A DNA stretch of 64,000 bases, from the NCBI GenBank assembly GCA_963826115.1, contig CAWGVS010000011.1, positions 96,001 to 160,000 on the forward strand, in the 5' to 3' direction. This DNA comes from an uncultured Candidatus Rokubacteria bacterium. GTDB lineage: Bacteria > Methylomirabilota > Methylomirabilia > Rokubacteriales > DASRDR01. Each line of letters starts with the position of its first letter. Position 1 is the stretch's first letter. Shown here in pieces: positions 50,163 through 59,875 of this stretch. The position numbers and the translations under genes are program-made. The notes beneath the pieces were generated by a model. It worked only from the letters and a program-made list of their open reading frames with translations. It was not told the DNA's origin and made no database searches.

Positions 50163-51171
50163 ATGCCCACGGGATTCGATGCGCGTGCCTACCTGCCGCG
50201 CGAGACCTACGATGCGATCACCGACGTCCGGGTCCGACAGCCCGGGTTCGCCGACGGTGAGGCGGATCGGCGCACGCGGCGGCCTGTCGTCGGCGCCCGA
50301 CGGCAAGCTGGTCATCCTGGCCGCGGACCATCCCGGACGCGCGAGCCTCAAGATCCAGGACGATCCCGTGGCGATGGCGGACCGCCACGAGTTGCTGGCG
50401 CGGATCCTCCGCGTGCTGAGCCATCCAGGGATCGACGGCGTCATGTCGACGCCGGACGTCGTCGAGGACCTCCTGATCCTGTCCGGTCTCATCCGCGAGC
50501 GGGGCGGCCAGAGCCCGCTCGACGAGCGGCTCCTCATCGGCTGCATGAACCGGGGCGGGCTGCCGGGGAGCGCCTGGGAGATGGATGATCGGTTCACCGC
50601 CTTCACGACGCGCCGGATGCTCGTCCTCGGGCTGGATGGCGGGAAGTTCATGGTGCGAATCGACCCCACCGATCGCGGCTCGCTCACCACCATCGAGGGG
50701 TGTGCGCGGGCGGTCGGGGAGCTGGCCGAGGCGAGCCTGCTCTCGTTTCTCGAGCCGTTGCCAGTCGTCCGCGAGAACGGGGCCTACAAGGTCGTCCGCA
50801 CGGCGCGGGCCTTGATCGACGCGGTCAGCGTGGCGTCCGCCTGGGGGGCGAGCTCCCTGTACACGTGGCTGAAGGTGCCGACCTGCCCGGAGTTCGAGCG
50901 CGTCGCGCGCGCGACGACGCTCCCGCTGGTCCTCCTGGGCGGAGAGGCAGTCGGCGATGCCCGACCGGTGCTCGAGGACCTGCGGCGCGGGATGGCGGCG
51001 GGAGCGAACGTCCGGGGCGCGATGATCGGGCGCAACGTGCTCTATCCGGGAGCGGACGACCCGCGTGCCATCGCGGCGGCGGTGTCGGCGATCGTCCACG
51101 ACGGCAGTCGCGTCGACCAGGCCCTCGCCGCGATGGAATCGGAGCGTGGCAAGGAGCCCGAGCTGGTCTGA
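50163..51171 (+). CDS. Cgl0159-like class I aldolase TIM-barrel protein (frameshift near 50285)
   Basis: AGGAG RBS; MPTGF...TDVRVRQP joins LVILAADHPGR, MNRGGLPG, WLKVP, LLGG, GRNVLYP. Confidence 0.75.
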
Positions 51172-51238
51172 TGCGAGCGACTCGCGAGGCCGTGGTCCGG
51201 GGCGATCGGCGGTCGACATCGGCGGAAGGGAGGACCGG

Positions 51239-52168
51239 ATGAGTGAGCCGCTTCGTTTCGAGGGCGTGATGCCGGCGAACCTCTTGCCCTTCCGGGCCGA
51301 CCTCTCGATCGACGAGCCGGCCTACCGCGGGCACCTCCGCTGGCTCGCCGCCGTGCGCGGCGTCACGGGGCTGGTCGTCAACGGCCACGCCGCCGAGGTG
51401 TCCTCGCTCGACCGCGAGGAGCGGCGGCGGGCGCTCGCGATCGCGGTCGACGAGGTGCGGGGGGCGCTGCCGGTCGTGGCCGGCGTCTACACCGACGGCA
51501 CCCAGGAGGCGGTCCGCCTCGCCCGGGACGCGAAGGCCGAAGGCGCCGCGGGGATCCTCCTCTTCCCGCCGACCCACTTCATGTGGGGCGCCCAGCTCAA
51601 GCCCGAGATGGCGATCCGCCACGTGAGCGAGGTGGCGGCGGGCGCGGACCTCCCGATCGTCGTCTTCGAGTACCCGCCGGCCTCCGGCATCGGGTACGCG
51701 CCCGAGACGCTCGCGCGCCTGTGCGAGATCTCGCAGGTGGCCGCGGTCAAGGACTGGTCGAACGACATCGTCGCCTTCGAGCGGAACCTGCGCGCGATCC
51801 GGGCCACCGGCCGCCCGGTCGCCGTCCTGTCGTCGTTCACGATGTCCCTGATGTCGAGCTTCCTCCTGGGGGCCGACGGCGCGATCTCGGGGATGGGGAG
51901 CGTGGTGGCCGACCTCCAGGCGGATCTCTTCGACGCCAGCCGGAAGGGCGACCTCGAGGAGGCGCGGCGGATCAACGACCGGCTCGACCCGCTCGTGCGT
52001 GTCTTCTACGCGCCCCCCTTCGTCGACATGCACAACCGGATGAAGGAGGCCCTGGTGATCCTGGGCCGCATCCCCGCCGCCCACGTCCGCCCCCCGCTGA
52101 CGCCGATCCCCGACCGCGAGCGCCAGGCGATCCGGGTGGCGCTGGCGCAGGCCGGGGTCAGACCCTGA
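51239..52168 (+). CDS. Dihydrodipicolinate synthase / N-acetylneuraminate lyase family protein
   Basis: GVMPANLLPF, NGHAAE, Schiff-base Lys in AVKDWS, GADGAISG, VRPPL. Confidence 0.88.
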   Translation: MSEPLRFEGVMPANLLPFRADLSIDEPAYRGHLRWLAAVRGVTGLVVNGHAAEVSSLDREERRRALAIAVDEVRGALPVVAGVYTDGTQEAVRLARDAKAEGAAGILLFPPTHFMWGAQLKPEMAIRHVSEVAAGADLPIVVFEYPPASGIGYAPETLARLCEISQVAAVKDWSNDIVAFERNLRAIRATGRPVAVLSSFTMSLMSSFLLGADGAISGMGSVVADLQADLFDASRKGDLEEARRINDRLDPLVRVFYAPPFVDMHNRMKEALVILGRIPAAHVRPPLTPIPDRERQAIRVALAQAGVRP

Positions 52169-52241
52169 TTTTGATTTCCGGACGTCTCAGCACGCCAACG
52201 GCGGCTCGACTCTCTGGAAGTCAAAATCAGGGCCTGACCCC
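52154..52241. repeat. GGGGTCAGGCCC inverted-repeat element, copy 3
   Basis: GGGGTCAGACCCTGATTTTGATTTCC ... GGAAGTCAAAATCAGGGCCTGACCCC. It provides the stop codon (GVRP*) of both flanking convergent genes. Confidence 0.88.
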
Positions 52242-52962
52242 GAAGTCGAAGCCTGACCGCATGACGAGGGCCGTGGGACGCCAGGCGGCGAGGCGGCGCG
52301 CCTCGGCGGCATCGGGGGCGACGCCCACGTAGCAGTCGAGGCCCGCGTCCCGGCAGGCGGTCACGTCGGGCTCGAGGACGACGCTCGGCGTCCAGGCAGA
52401 GCGCGGTGAGGATGCCGGGCGGCGCCATCGCCTCCGGGGCGAGGAGGCGGCCGGTGACGCAGGCGCCGAGCCCGATGTCGCCGTCGAGCGCCCGGCAGCG
52501 CAGAAGCGCGTGATGGTCAAAGGATACGACGACCGTCCGGTCTGTCGCCCCGTATAGATGGAGCAGGCCGAGCGCGCGCTCCTCGATGCCCGGGTAGACG
52601 TCCGAGCCGGCCCGGAGCGCCACGACGAACCCGGTCCGGTCGCGAAACCGCTCGAGGACCTCCGCCAGCGTCTGGATTCGCTGCCCGCGGAAGCGCCAGC
52701 CGAACCAGCGCCCGGCGTCGAGGCGCTTCAGCTCCCGGACCGTGTGCTCCCTCACGAGCCCCCGACCGCTCGTCGTCCGTTCCAGGCGGACGTCGTGGAC
52801 GACGACGAGCTGCTCGTCGGCCGACTCCTGGACGTCGAGCCACACGGCATCGGCCCCGGCCGCGGCCGCGGACTCGTAGGCGGGGATCGTGTGCTCGGGC
52901 GCCACCGTCGCCGCCCCGCGATGGGCGACCATCAGCGGCCGCGACGGGCGCGTCGTTGTCAC
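52227..52962 (-). CDS. Glycerophosphodiester phosphodiesterase-family protein (frameshift near 52385)
   Basis: AHRGAATVAPEHT, DVQESAD, VVVHDVRLERTT, LDAGRWF, SFDH. The metal-binding Glu positions look degenerate (WLD, VAL). Confidence 0.8.
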
Positions 52963-52991
52963 GGCCGGAGCCCGCGTGTCACGATGCGAGG

Positions 52992-53618
52992 GTGCGCCCC
53001 GTTCCATTCTGGTTTCTCGAGGCGTGCCGCCCCGGATTTTGGGCGGCGGCGCGCGGGCTCTTCCGCATCCGCTTCGAAGGCGTCGAGCACGTCCCGCGGT
53101 CCGGACCGGTCGTCATCACGCCGAACCACGTCTCGTTCATGGATCCCATCCTGGTGACGATTCCGATCCGCCGGGTGCTCCACTACATGGCCCTCGAGCC
53201 GTTCTTCCGGATCCGGGGGCTCGGGGCGCTCATGCGGTGGGCCCGCGCCTTCCCGATCCAGGAGGGAGAGCCCGACAGCCCGGCTGTCCGCCGGGCCCTG
53301 CGAATCCTGCGACAGGGGGAGCCGCTCGTGATCTTTCCCGAGGGCGCCCGCTCGCCCGACGGCCGCCTTCAAGCCTTCCGCCCGGGCGCGTTCCGGCTCG
53401 CCCTGTTCACCGGGGCCCCCGTGGTGCCGGTCACGATCGTCGGCGCGTTCGAGGCTTGGCCGGCGCGGCAGCGTCTTCCGCGTCCGGGCCGGATCGTCGT
53501 CACGTACCACTCGCCGCTCGACGGGTCCGCCCTCCCGCCTGACGCCGATCGCAAGGCCCGGCCCGAGATCCTGATGGCGCTGGCTCGCGAGCGGATCGCG
53601 GCGGCACTGCCAGCCTGA
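52992..53618 (+). CDS. 1-acyl-sn-glycerol-3-phosphate acyltransferase family (PlsC-like)
   Basis: NHVSFMD (HX4D), FPEGARS, VVPVTI. Confidence 0.9.
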   Translation: MRPVPFWFLEACRPGFWAAARGLFRIRFEGVEHVPRSGPVVITPNHVSFMDPILVTIPIRRVLHYMALEPFFRIRGLGALMRWARAFPIQEGEPDSPAVRRALRILRQGEPLVIFPEGARSPDGRLQAFRPGAFRLALFTGAPVVPVTIVGAFEAWPARQRLPRPGRIVVTYHSPLDGSALPPDADRKARPEILMALARERIAAALPA

Positions 53619-53664
53619 GGGCGCGCGGTCCAGACCGGCCTGTCCCGCAGGCACCGGCAGGGCG

Positions 53665-54342
53665 CTACTGCGGGAATTTGGCGCGGAGCCCCAGGATGTC
53701 GACCGTCGTCTGCCCAGCCGCGAGCGCCTTCTTGACCTGCTCCTCGCGCTCGTGAATCAGGCGGATGCGCTCGGCCACGGCGGAGACCTGCTCCCTCGGC
53801 ACGACCACGACCCCGTCGTCGTCGCCGGCGACCAGATCCCCGGGGCGGACGAGGACGCCGCCGCACTGGATGGGAACCTGAACAGCGCCGAGGGTTTCCT
53901 TGACCGGCCCGCGCGCCGTCGCGCCGCTGGCGAACACGGGCAGGCCCTGGGCCGCCAGCGCCGCCGAGTCCCGGACGAGCCCCTGCAGGACGACGCCGGC
54001 CACGCCCCGCAGGCGAGCGGCGTAGACGAGGATGTCGCCGAGCAGCGCGGTATCGCGTCCCGAGCCACCGTCGATCACCAGCACGTCGCCGTGCGCGGCC
54101 AGCTCGACGGCGCGATGGATCGTCAGATTGTCGGCGGGCCAGCAGCGCAGCGTGAAGGCGGGACCGAAGCACCGCTTTCCCGACGCGACCGGACGAATCG
54201 AGGCGTCCATGTTTCCCCAGCGCCCGAGGGCGTCGGAGAGCATCGCCGTCGGGGCGGCGGCCAGCACTTTCATGGCTTCCGCATCCGCGGGCGGTGATTT
54301 CGGTGCCGCCACGTTCGGCACCGCGGCCAAGCGCTCTCTCAT
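53665..54342 (-). CDS. RraA / HMG-CHA aldolase family protein
   Basis: LSDALG, DNLTIH, GDVLVIDG, LLGD, GLVRD, PGDLVAGDDDGVVVVP. Confidence 0.9.
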   Translation of the reverse strand: MRERLAAVPNVAAPKSPPADAEAMKVLAAAPTAMLSDALGRWGNMDASIRPVASGKRCFGPAFTLRCWPADNLTIHRAVELAAHGDVLVIDGGSGRDTALLGDILVYAARLRGVAGVVLQGLVRDSAALAAQGLPVFASGATARGPVKETLGAVQVPIQCGGVLVRPGDLVAGDDDGVVVVPREQVSAVAERIRLIHEREEQVKKALAAGQTTVDILGLRAKFPQ

Positions 54343-54348
54343 GCGGTC

Positions 54349-54378
54349 ACCCTAGCGGATCGCTCTCCGACGTGTCAA
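54349..54378 (-). promoter_or_regulatory. Sigma70-type promoter giving a probable leaderless mRNA
   Basis: TTGACA-18 nt-TAGGGT-6 nt-ATG. Confidence 0.6.
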
Positions 54379-54488
54379 CGCGGAGCGGAGTCGGATCGGC
54401 CGTCGGACTGGGTGTGCCCGTGGCGGGGCGGGGTGGATCGGGTGGAGGGTCGGCAGCCGCCGGCCCATGCGAGACGTGCCCGTCAGGG

Positions 54489-55388
54489 CTAAAAGGGGAG
54501 AACGGGCTCCGCCGCGGTCACCTGGCACCAGCCGACCGGCATGAACGCCGTGGAGTGCGCGTGCCCCAGGCGGCCACGCCAGTCCATGAGGATCAACCCG
54601 CCGTCCCCGCGTCCGTCCTCCCGGACGACGTCCAGGGAAACCTCCGCGGCCAGCTGTGGATCGTCCAGCTCCTTCAGGATGTCGAGCGCAGTCTTGGCGA
54701 GCACCGTGCGGATGAACGCCTCGCCGTGCCCCGTGGTCGATACGCCACCGAGCCGGCTGTCCGCGTAGGTGCCGGCGCCGATCAGGGCGGAGTCGCCGAC
54801 GCGGCCGGGCCGCTTGCCCGTGTAGCCGCCGGTCGAGGTGCCGGCGACGATGCGCCCGTGGACATCGATCGCCACGGCGCCCACGGTGCCCCCGACCGAT
54901 CCGGACGTCTGTGGGATCCCGGCCCCCTGGCGCGCCGCCAGGTGCTTGGCCAGGCTCCGGCGCTGCCGGTCGGTCACGAGGGCGTCCGGCGCGCACAGCG
55001 GCAAGCCTTGATCGCGTGCGAAGGTGAGCGCGCCATCCCCGACGAGGAGGATGTGGCGGCCGTCCTCGAGGATCCGTCGCGCGAGCCCGATGGCGCTCCG
55101 GACCCCGCTCACGGCCCCCACCGCGCCCGCCTGAAGGGCGTCACCCTCCATGATGGACGCGTCGCACTCCACGGTTCCGCGCTCCGTCAGGGCCGAGCCG
55201 TAGCCGGCGTTGAGGCGCGGGTGGTCCTCGAGGGCCTGAATGGTGGCCTCGATCGCATCCAGTGCGCCGCCGCCGCGGCGGAGGATAGCCCACCCTCGCG
55301 CGAGGGCCTCGCCCAGGGCCTCCCGGTACGTCGGCTTGTCGTCGGGGTCGCCGCCGGCCCCTCCGTGGGCGATGAGTGCCGGCACCAT
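54489..55388 (-). CDS. iaaA: Isoaspartyl peptidase / L-asparaginase (Ntn hydrolase)
   Basis: HGGAG, NAGYGS, DASIM, G/TVGAVA autocleavage site, TSTGG, GRVGDS, TTGHGE. Confidence 0.92.
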   Translation of the reverse strand: MVPALIAHGGAGGDPDDKPTYREALGEALARGWAILRRGGGALDAIEATIQALEDHPRLNAGYGSALTERGTVECDASIMEGDALQAGAVGAVSGVRSAIGLARRILEDGRHILLVGDGALTFARDQGLPLCAPDALVTDRQRRSLAKHLAARQGAGIPQTSGSVGGTVGAVAIDVHGRIVAGTSTGGYTGKRPGRVGDSALIGAGTYADSRLGGVSTTGHGEAFIRTVLAKTALDILKELDDPQLAAEVSLDVVREDGRGDGGLILMDWRGRLGHAHSTAFMPVGWCQVTAAEPVLPF

Positions 55389-55545
55389 CAGGGCCTCCCT
55401 TCGCTCCGCGTGAGCGAGAGATCCGGGACACCTTCCGAGGCGAGCCGATGGATCGAGTCGGGCATGCTGGGCATCGGATCGTCCGCGCCGCCGATCGTAC
55501 GAGCCGAGAAGCGCGCGAACGCCGCAGAGTCTATCATGACGCCTG

Positions 55546-56247
55546 ATGGCGCTGCGTGACCTGCAGGTGCGGATCGTTTCGTGCCGACGCTGCCCGCGGC
55601 TGGTGCGATTTCGCGAGGCGGTGGCGGCCTCTCCGCCGCGGCGATTCCGCGACGAGGCTTACTGGGCTCGTCCGGTGCCGAGCCTCGGCGATGCGTCGGC
55701 CCGGCTCCTCCTGGTCGGGCTCGCCCCGGCCGCCCACGGAGGGAACCGCACCGGCCGGATGTTCACCGGCGACGCGGCGGGTGGGAGCGGCGAGTGGGTG
55801 GCCCGCGCTCTCCACGCCCACGGCTTCGCGACGCAGCCCACGTCCCGGCACCGGGGCGACGGCTTCCGGCTCGTCGACGCCTACATCACGGCGGCGCTCC
55901 ACTGCGTCCCGCCCGACAACCGGCCCGCTCCCGAGGAGCTCCGCCGGTGCGCCCGCTACCTCCACGAGGAGCTGCCGCGACTGTCGCGCGCTCGCGTCGT
56001 CCTGGGCCTCGGGCGGATCGGCTTCGACGCCTATCTGAGCACGGCCGCGGCCAACGGACTGCCCGTCCCGCGCCCCCGTCCTCGATTCGCGCACGGCGCG
56101 GCGATCGATCTTCCCTGGGGTGTCGCCCTGCTCGGGACCTACCACCCGAGCCGCCAGAACACCCAGACGGGGCGGCTCACCTGGCCCATGTTCGAGGCCG
56201 TCTTTGCCGAGGCACGCCGTCGCCTGAGTGCGGGCGCATCAGCCTGA
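55546..56247 (+). CDS. Uracil-DNA glycosylase family 5 (UdgB-like)
   Basis: CRRCPRL (Fe-S), GLAPAAHGGNRTGRMFTGD, HPSRQNTQTGRLT. Confidence 0.93.
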   Translation: MALRDLQVRIVSCRRCPRLVRFREAVAASPPRRFRDEAYWARPVPSLGDASARLLLVGLAPAAHGGNRTGRMFTGDAAGGSGEWVARALHAHGFATQPTSRHRGDGFRLVDAYITAALHCVPPDNRPAPEELRRCARYLHEELPRLSRARVVLGLGRIGFDAYLSTAAANGLPVPRPRPRFAHGAAIDLPWGVALLGTYHPSRQNTQTGRLTWPMFEAVFAEARRRLSAGASA

Positions 56248-57129
56248 CACCGGGCGCCCGGTCGCGGCGAGCCAGAGGCCGAGGACGACGAGGGACCCGC
56301 CGGCGACCGTGAAGACGGAGAGCGGCTCGTCGAGCCACACGACACCGAGGAGCGCTCCGACGAGCGGCTGGACGTTCAGGTAGATCGCCGCGCGCGCCGC
56401 GGAGACTCGCTCGAGCGCCCAGTTCCAGACGAGATAGCCGAGCGCGGTGATCACGACGCCCAGGTAGAGCACGGCGGCCATGGTCGCCGCGGTCCAGGCG
56501 GACCGCGGCGCGACCCCCCACTCGACGGCGGCGAGCGGCGCTGTCGTGACGAGGCCCCAGAAGAGCGTCCGCGTCGTGACGCCGATGCTGGCATGACGGG
56601 CGAGCACCGGCCGGCCGAGCAGCGAGTACGCGGCGAAGCAGACGCCCGAGAGCAAGAGCATGAGATCGCCGCGCCAGTGCGGCGCGAGCGCGACGGTGAC
56701 CCCCGGCACGCCGTTGACCACGATGACGGTCGCGCCCACCAGGGCGAGGGCGGTGCCGCTGCCCTCCCGCCGGGTGAGGCGCTCGCCGAGCACGATCGGC
56801 GCGAGGGCCACGAGGGCGACGGGCTCGGTGGCGACGAGGAGCGCCGCATTGGTGGCCGTGGACCACGCGAGCCCCCAGTGCGCGAGCGCCATGGCCAGCG
56901 TGAACCCGAGGAATCCCATCCAGAAGAGCGTGCGGCGATCGGCGCTCGAGAACGGAGTCGTCGCGCCGCGCGCGGCGAAGCCCATCGGGGCGACGATGGC
57001 GAACGCGATGGCCATCCGGAGGAAGGCCAGCGTGATGGGCGTGACGGTGCCGAAGACCGGACGCATCACGACGTAAGCGGTGCCGTAGACCGCATTCGCG
57101 GCGAGGAGCACGACCTCGGCGCCGGGCAC
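56239..57129 (-). CDS. DMT/EamA family transporter
   Basis: Two EamA repeats, about 10 TM helices, TATNAALL, LGERL, QPLVGALLG...LDEP. Confidence 0.88.
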   Translation of the reverse strand: MPGAEVVLLAANAVYGTAYVVMRPVFGTVTPITLAFLRMAIAFAIVAPMGFAARGATTPFSSADRRTLFWMGFLGFTLAMALAHWGLAWSTATNAALLVATEPVALVALAPIVLGERLTRREGSGTALALVGATVIVVNGVPGVTVALAPHWRGDLMLLLSGVCFAAYSLLGRPVLARHASIGVTTRTLFWGLVTTAPLAAVEWGVAPRSAWTAATMAAVLYLGVVITALGYLVWNWALERVSAARAAIYLNVQPLVGALLGVVWLDEPLSVFTVAGGSLVVLGLWLAATGRPVSG

Positions 57130-57146
57130 TCGGGGCGGGGACGACG

Positions 57147-57641
57147 TCAGAGGTAGGCGAGCAGTCGCCCGCAGGAGACGACGCCCACCCAGAGCGCGAG
57201 CGAAGCGAGCGCGGAGACCCGGGCAGCGGCCGGGGCCGGCACGTGACGGTCCCACGTCGAGACCGACCTGAACGTGAAGCGGTGAAAGGCCCAGGCGTTG
57301 AGCCCGGCGAGGACGATCAGCGAGAGCTTCACCCAGAAGGCGGGGTTCTCGATCCACTCGGTCGCGTGAGCCGAGAACATGGCGAGGCCCGACGGCACCA
57401 CCAAGCCGAGCCCGACCCGCGACCACGGCAGGAGATGGCGGGCGAGGTCCGAGACGGGGATGCGCGGAGAGATCCCCAGCAGGCGAAGGTCGAACATCAC
57501 CGCGGCGCCGACCAGCAGGACGAAGCCGAGGATGTGCATGATCTCGACGACCGGGTAGAGCCAGAGCCAGTGCCGCATCGCCTGGGCGAATCCGCTGGTC
57601 TCGAGGGCGACCAGCCACGCCGGGCCGATCGGTGGGTGCAC
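57147..57641 (-). CDS. DUF6644-like membrane protein
   Basis: YPVVEIMHILG, FDLRLLG, SGLAMF, NPAFWVKL, CGRLLAY. Confidence 0.78.
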   Translation of the reverse strand: MHPPIGPAWLVALETSGFAQAMRHWLWLYPVVEIMHILGFVLLVGAAVMFDLRLLGISPRIPVSDLARHLLPWSRVGLGLVVPSGLAMFSAHATEWIENPAFWVKLSLIVLAGLNAWAFHRFTFRSVSTWDRHVPAPAAARVSALASLALWVGVVSCGRLLAYL

Positions 57642-57669
57642 TAGGAAGGCCGGGTCCGAGGTCGGGGCA

Positions 57670-58041
57670 CTAGCGCAGCTCGGTGGTCTTGCCGTCGATC
57701 GTGATCCGCTCCGCGCGCATCTCGTTCGGATCCGTGCGGCTCGGATACCCCATCACCGTGGCCTTGGTGCCGGGCTTCAGCATGGCGGCCATCAGCCCGC
57801 GATTCTCCATCCGGGAGGGCGGCGCCAGCGTCACGACCCACACCTTGTCGGAAACCTCGAGCTTCAGGAACCCATGAGGATGCTCGTAGCCCGCTTCCTT
57901 GATCGTCCCGCTCAGGTTGAGCGGCTTGCTGGCGTCGTAGCCGCTCCAGCCGTGGTGGGCGAAGGCGGCGCCGGCGAGGATCAGCAGGAGAGCGAGGCCG
58001 GCCGCGGGCCGGATCGTGCCGAGGATCGTCGATCGGGGCAT
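57670..58041 (-). CDS. DUF6152-like secreted protein
   Basis: Signal peptide AFA-HHGWSGYD, EHPH, MRAERITIDG. Confidence 0.8.
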   Translation of the reverse strand: MPRSTILGTIRPAAGLALLLILAGAAFAHHGWSGYDASKPLNLSGTIKEAGYEHPHGFLKLEVSDKVWVVTLAPPSRMENRGLMAAMLKPGTKATVMGYPSRTDPNEMRAERITIDGKTTELR

Positions 58042-58106
58042 GATTCACCTCCGCGCGTGCGACATCACCGTCATTGAACCATGACGCCCCGGCTCCTGCC
58101 ACCGCG

Positions 58107-59875
58107 TCACCACAGCGGGCCCAGCCGTGTGACGACAGGGACCGGGCCGCGGAGCGCATGGCGGAGCGAGCCGCCGCCGTCGCCGCCTCGTCGACGGTCA
58201 TGGTCGTCGGGTCGATGACGACCCCGTAGTCGTGCCGGGCGCCCTCGAGGGATATGTAGTCCTCCAGGACATCGTGGAGCACCGCCGGAGGATCCCGCTC
58301 CCAGGGCGGGCCGTATCCTCCGGCGCCGGACTGCTGGAACGAGACGACGTCGCCGTGCTCGACGGTATCGGAGGCCTTGGAGTGGACCCGCCGTTCCGCG
58401 GGAGTGCCCGGGTTCACCAGCGTGACGCCGGGCTTGCCCGGCTGCCCGCCGAAGAGCCCCCACGGCCCGAAACGATGCCGTTCGGTGTTGTTCGTGAGCC
58501 GGCCGCCCTCGAGGAAGAACCGGAGGTCCCGCCGGATGCCCGTGCCGCCGCGGTAGCGCCCGGGGCCGGCGGAGTCGCGGATCAGCTCGAACCGCTCGAT
58601 GAGGACGGGCTGGTTCGCCTCCTGGGACTCCACCGGGATGTTGGACGCGTTGAACGCCATCGACATCGCCTCGCAGCCGTCCCGATCCGCGCGGGCGGCG
58701 GTCCCGGAGAGGATCAGCTCGTAGACGACCGTGCGGCGGTTCCGCCGGGGATCGAAGCCCCCGCAGGTCGGGTTCGCGAAGTGGGAGCCGGCCGCCGTCA
58801 CGCGGCCGGGCAGGGCGGGGGCGAGCGCGCCGATCACCGCGTCGAAGATCCGGTAGCAGAAGACGGCGCGCGGCCCGCCGCCGGCCGGAGGGCGCGGATT
58901 GAGGAACGAGCCGAGCGGCGCGTCGATCCGGACCGGACGGAAGGCGCCGTCGTTCTGCGGGCCGGCGGGATCGGTCAGGCACTTCACCGCGGCGTAGCAG
59001 TACGGAGCGCGTGTAGTTGAGGTAGGAGTTCATGCCCGACTCGGTCTGCGGCCCCGTGCCGTCGAAGTCGATCAGGATCTCGTCGTCGCGGACGGTGACC
59101 GCGACCCGGAGCTCCATCGGCGAGTGCCCGGCCCGGAGTCGTCCATGTGGTCCTCGAACCGGTACACCCCGTCCGGGATCGCCCGGATCGCGTCCCGCAC
59201 CTTGGCCTCGGTCCGGTCCATGATCTCGGCCATCGCCGCCTGGATCGTCTCGTGCCCGTACCGGCACGCGAGCTCGATCATCCGGAGCTCGCCGACCCGC
59301 AGCGAGTTCCGCTGGGCGCGGAGGTCGCCCAGCATCGACTCGGCCATGCGGGTGTTCGCCAGGATGATCGCCAGGATGTCCTCCTGCTCCTCGCCGCCCT
59401 TCCAGGGCTTCACGGGCGGGACGTGGAGACCCTCCTGGAAGTAGTCGAACACTCCTTCGACCGCCTGGCTGCCCGGCCGCATGCCGCCCACGTCGGTGTG
59501 ATGGAGGATGTTGGCGACGAAGCCGATGAGCCGCCCGTCGTCCATGAAAGCGGGCTGGATCATGAAGAAGTCGGGGAAGTGCCCGGAGCCGAGGAACGGG
59601 CTGTTGAACAGCACCACGTCCCCGGGCCGGAGCCGATCGCCCGGGAAGGCCTGGACCGCGTTCTTGGCGGCGAACGACATCGCGCCCATGTGTCCCGGGC
59701 TGTACGGCCCCTGGGCGACCATCCGGCCCTCCGGGTCGAAGAGGCAGACCGAGAAGTCCTGGCCCTCGCGGGCCTGCTGGGAGTGCGCCGTCCGGTGCAC
59801 CGTGGTGCCGACCTCCACGGTGACCGACTGGAGCGCGCCCCAGACGACGCTGAGCGTGACCGGATCGAGCGTCAC
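58107..59875 (-). CDS. Hydantoinase B / 5-oxoprolinase family subunit (frameshifted in this sequence)
   Basis: LDPVTLSVV, DFS, NSPFLGSGHFPD, HHTDVGG, FQEGL, NIPVE, DSAGPGRYRGG, GAGGYGPP. Frame breaks near 59130, 59010 and 58150. Confidence 0.87.

Noticed and set aside
55388-55474. 28-aa ORF (MPSMPDSIHRL...EGRP*) overlapping the iaaA start as a leader peptide
   Set aside because: No RBS or distinctive composition, so it cannot be distinguished from chance.
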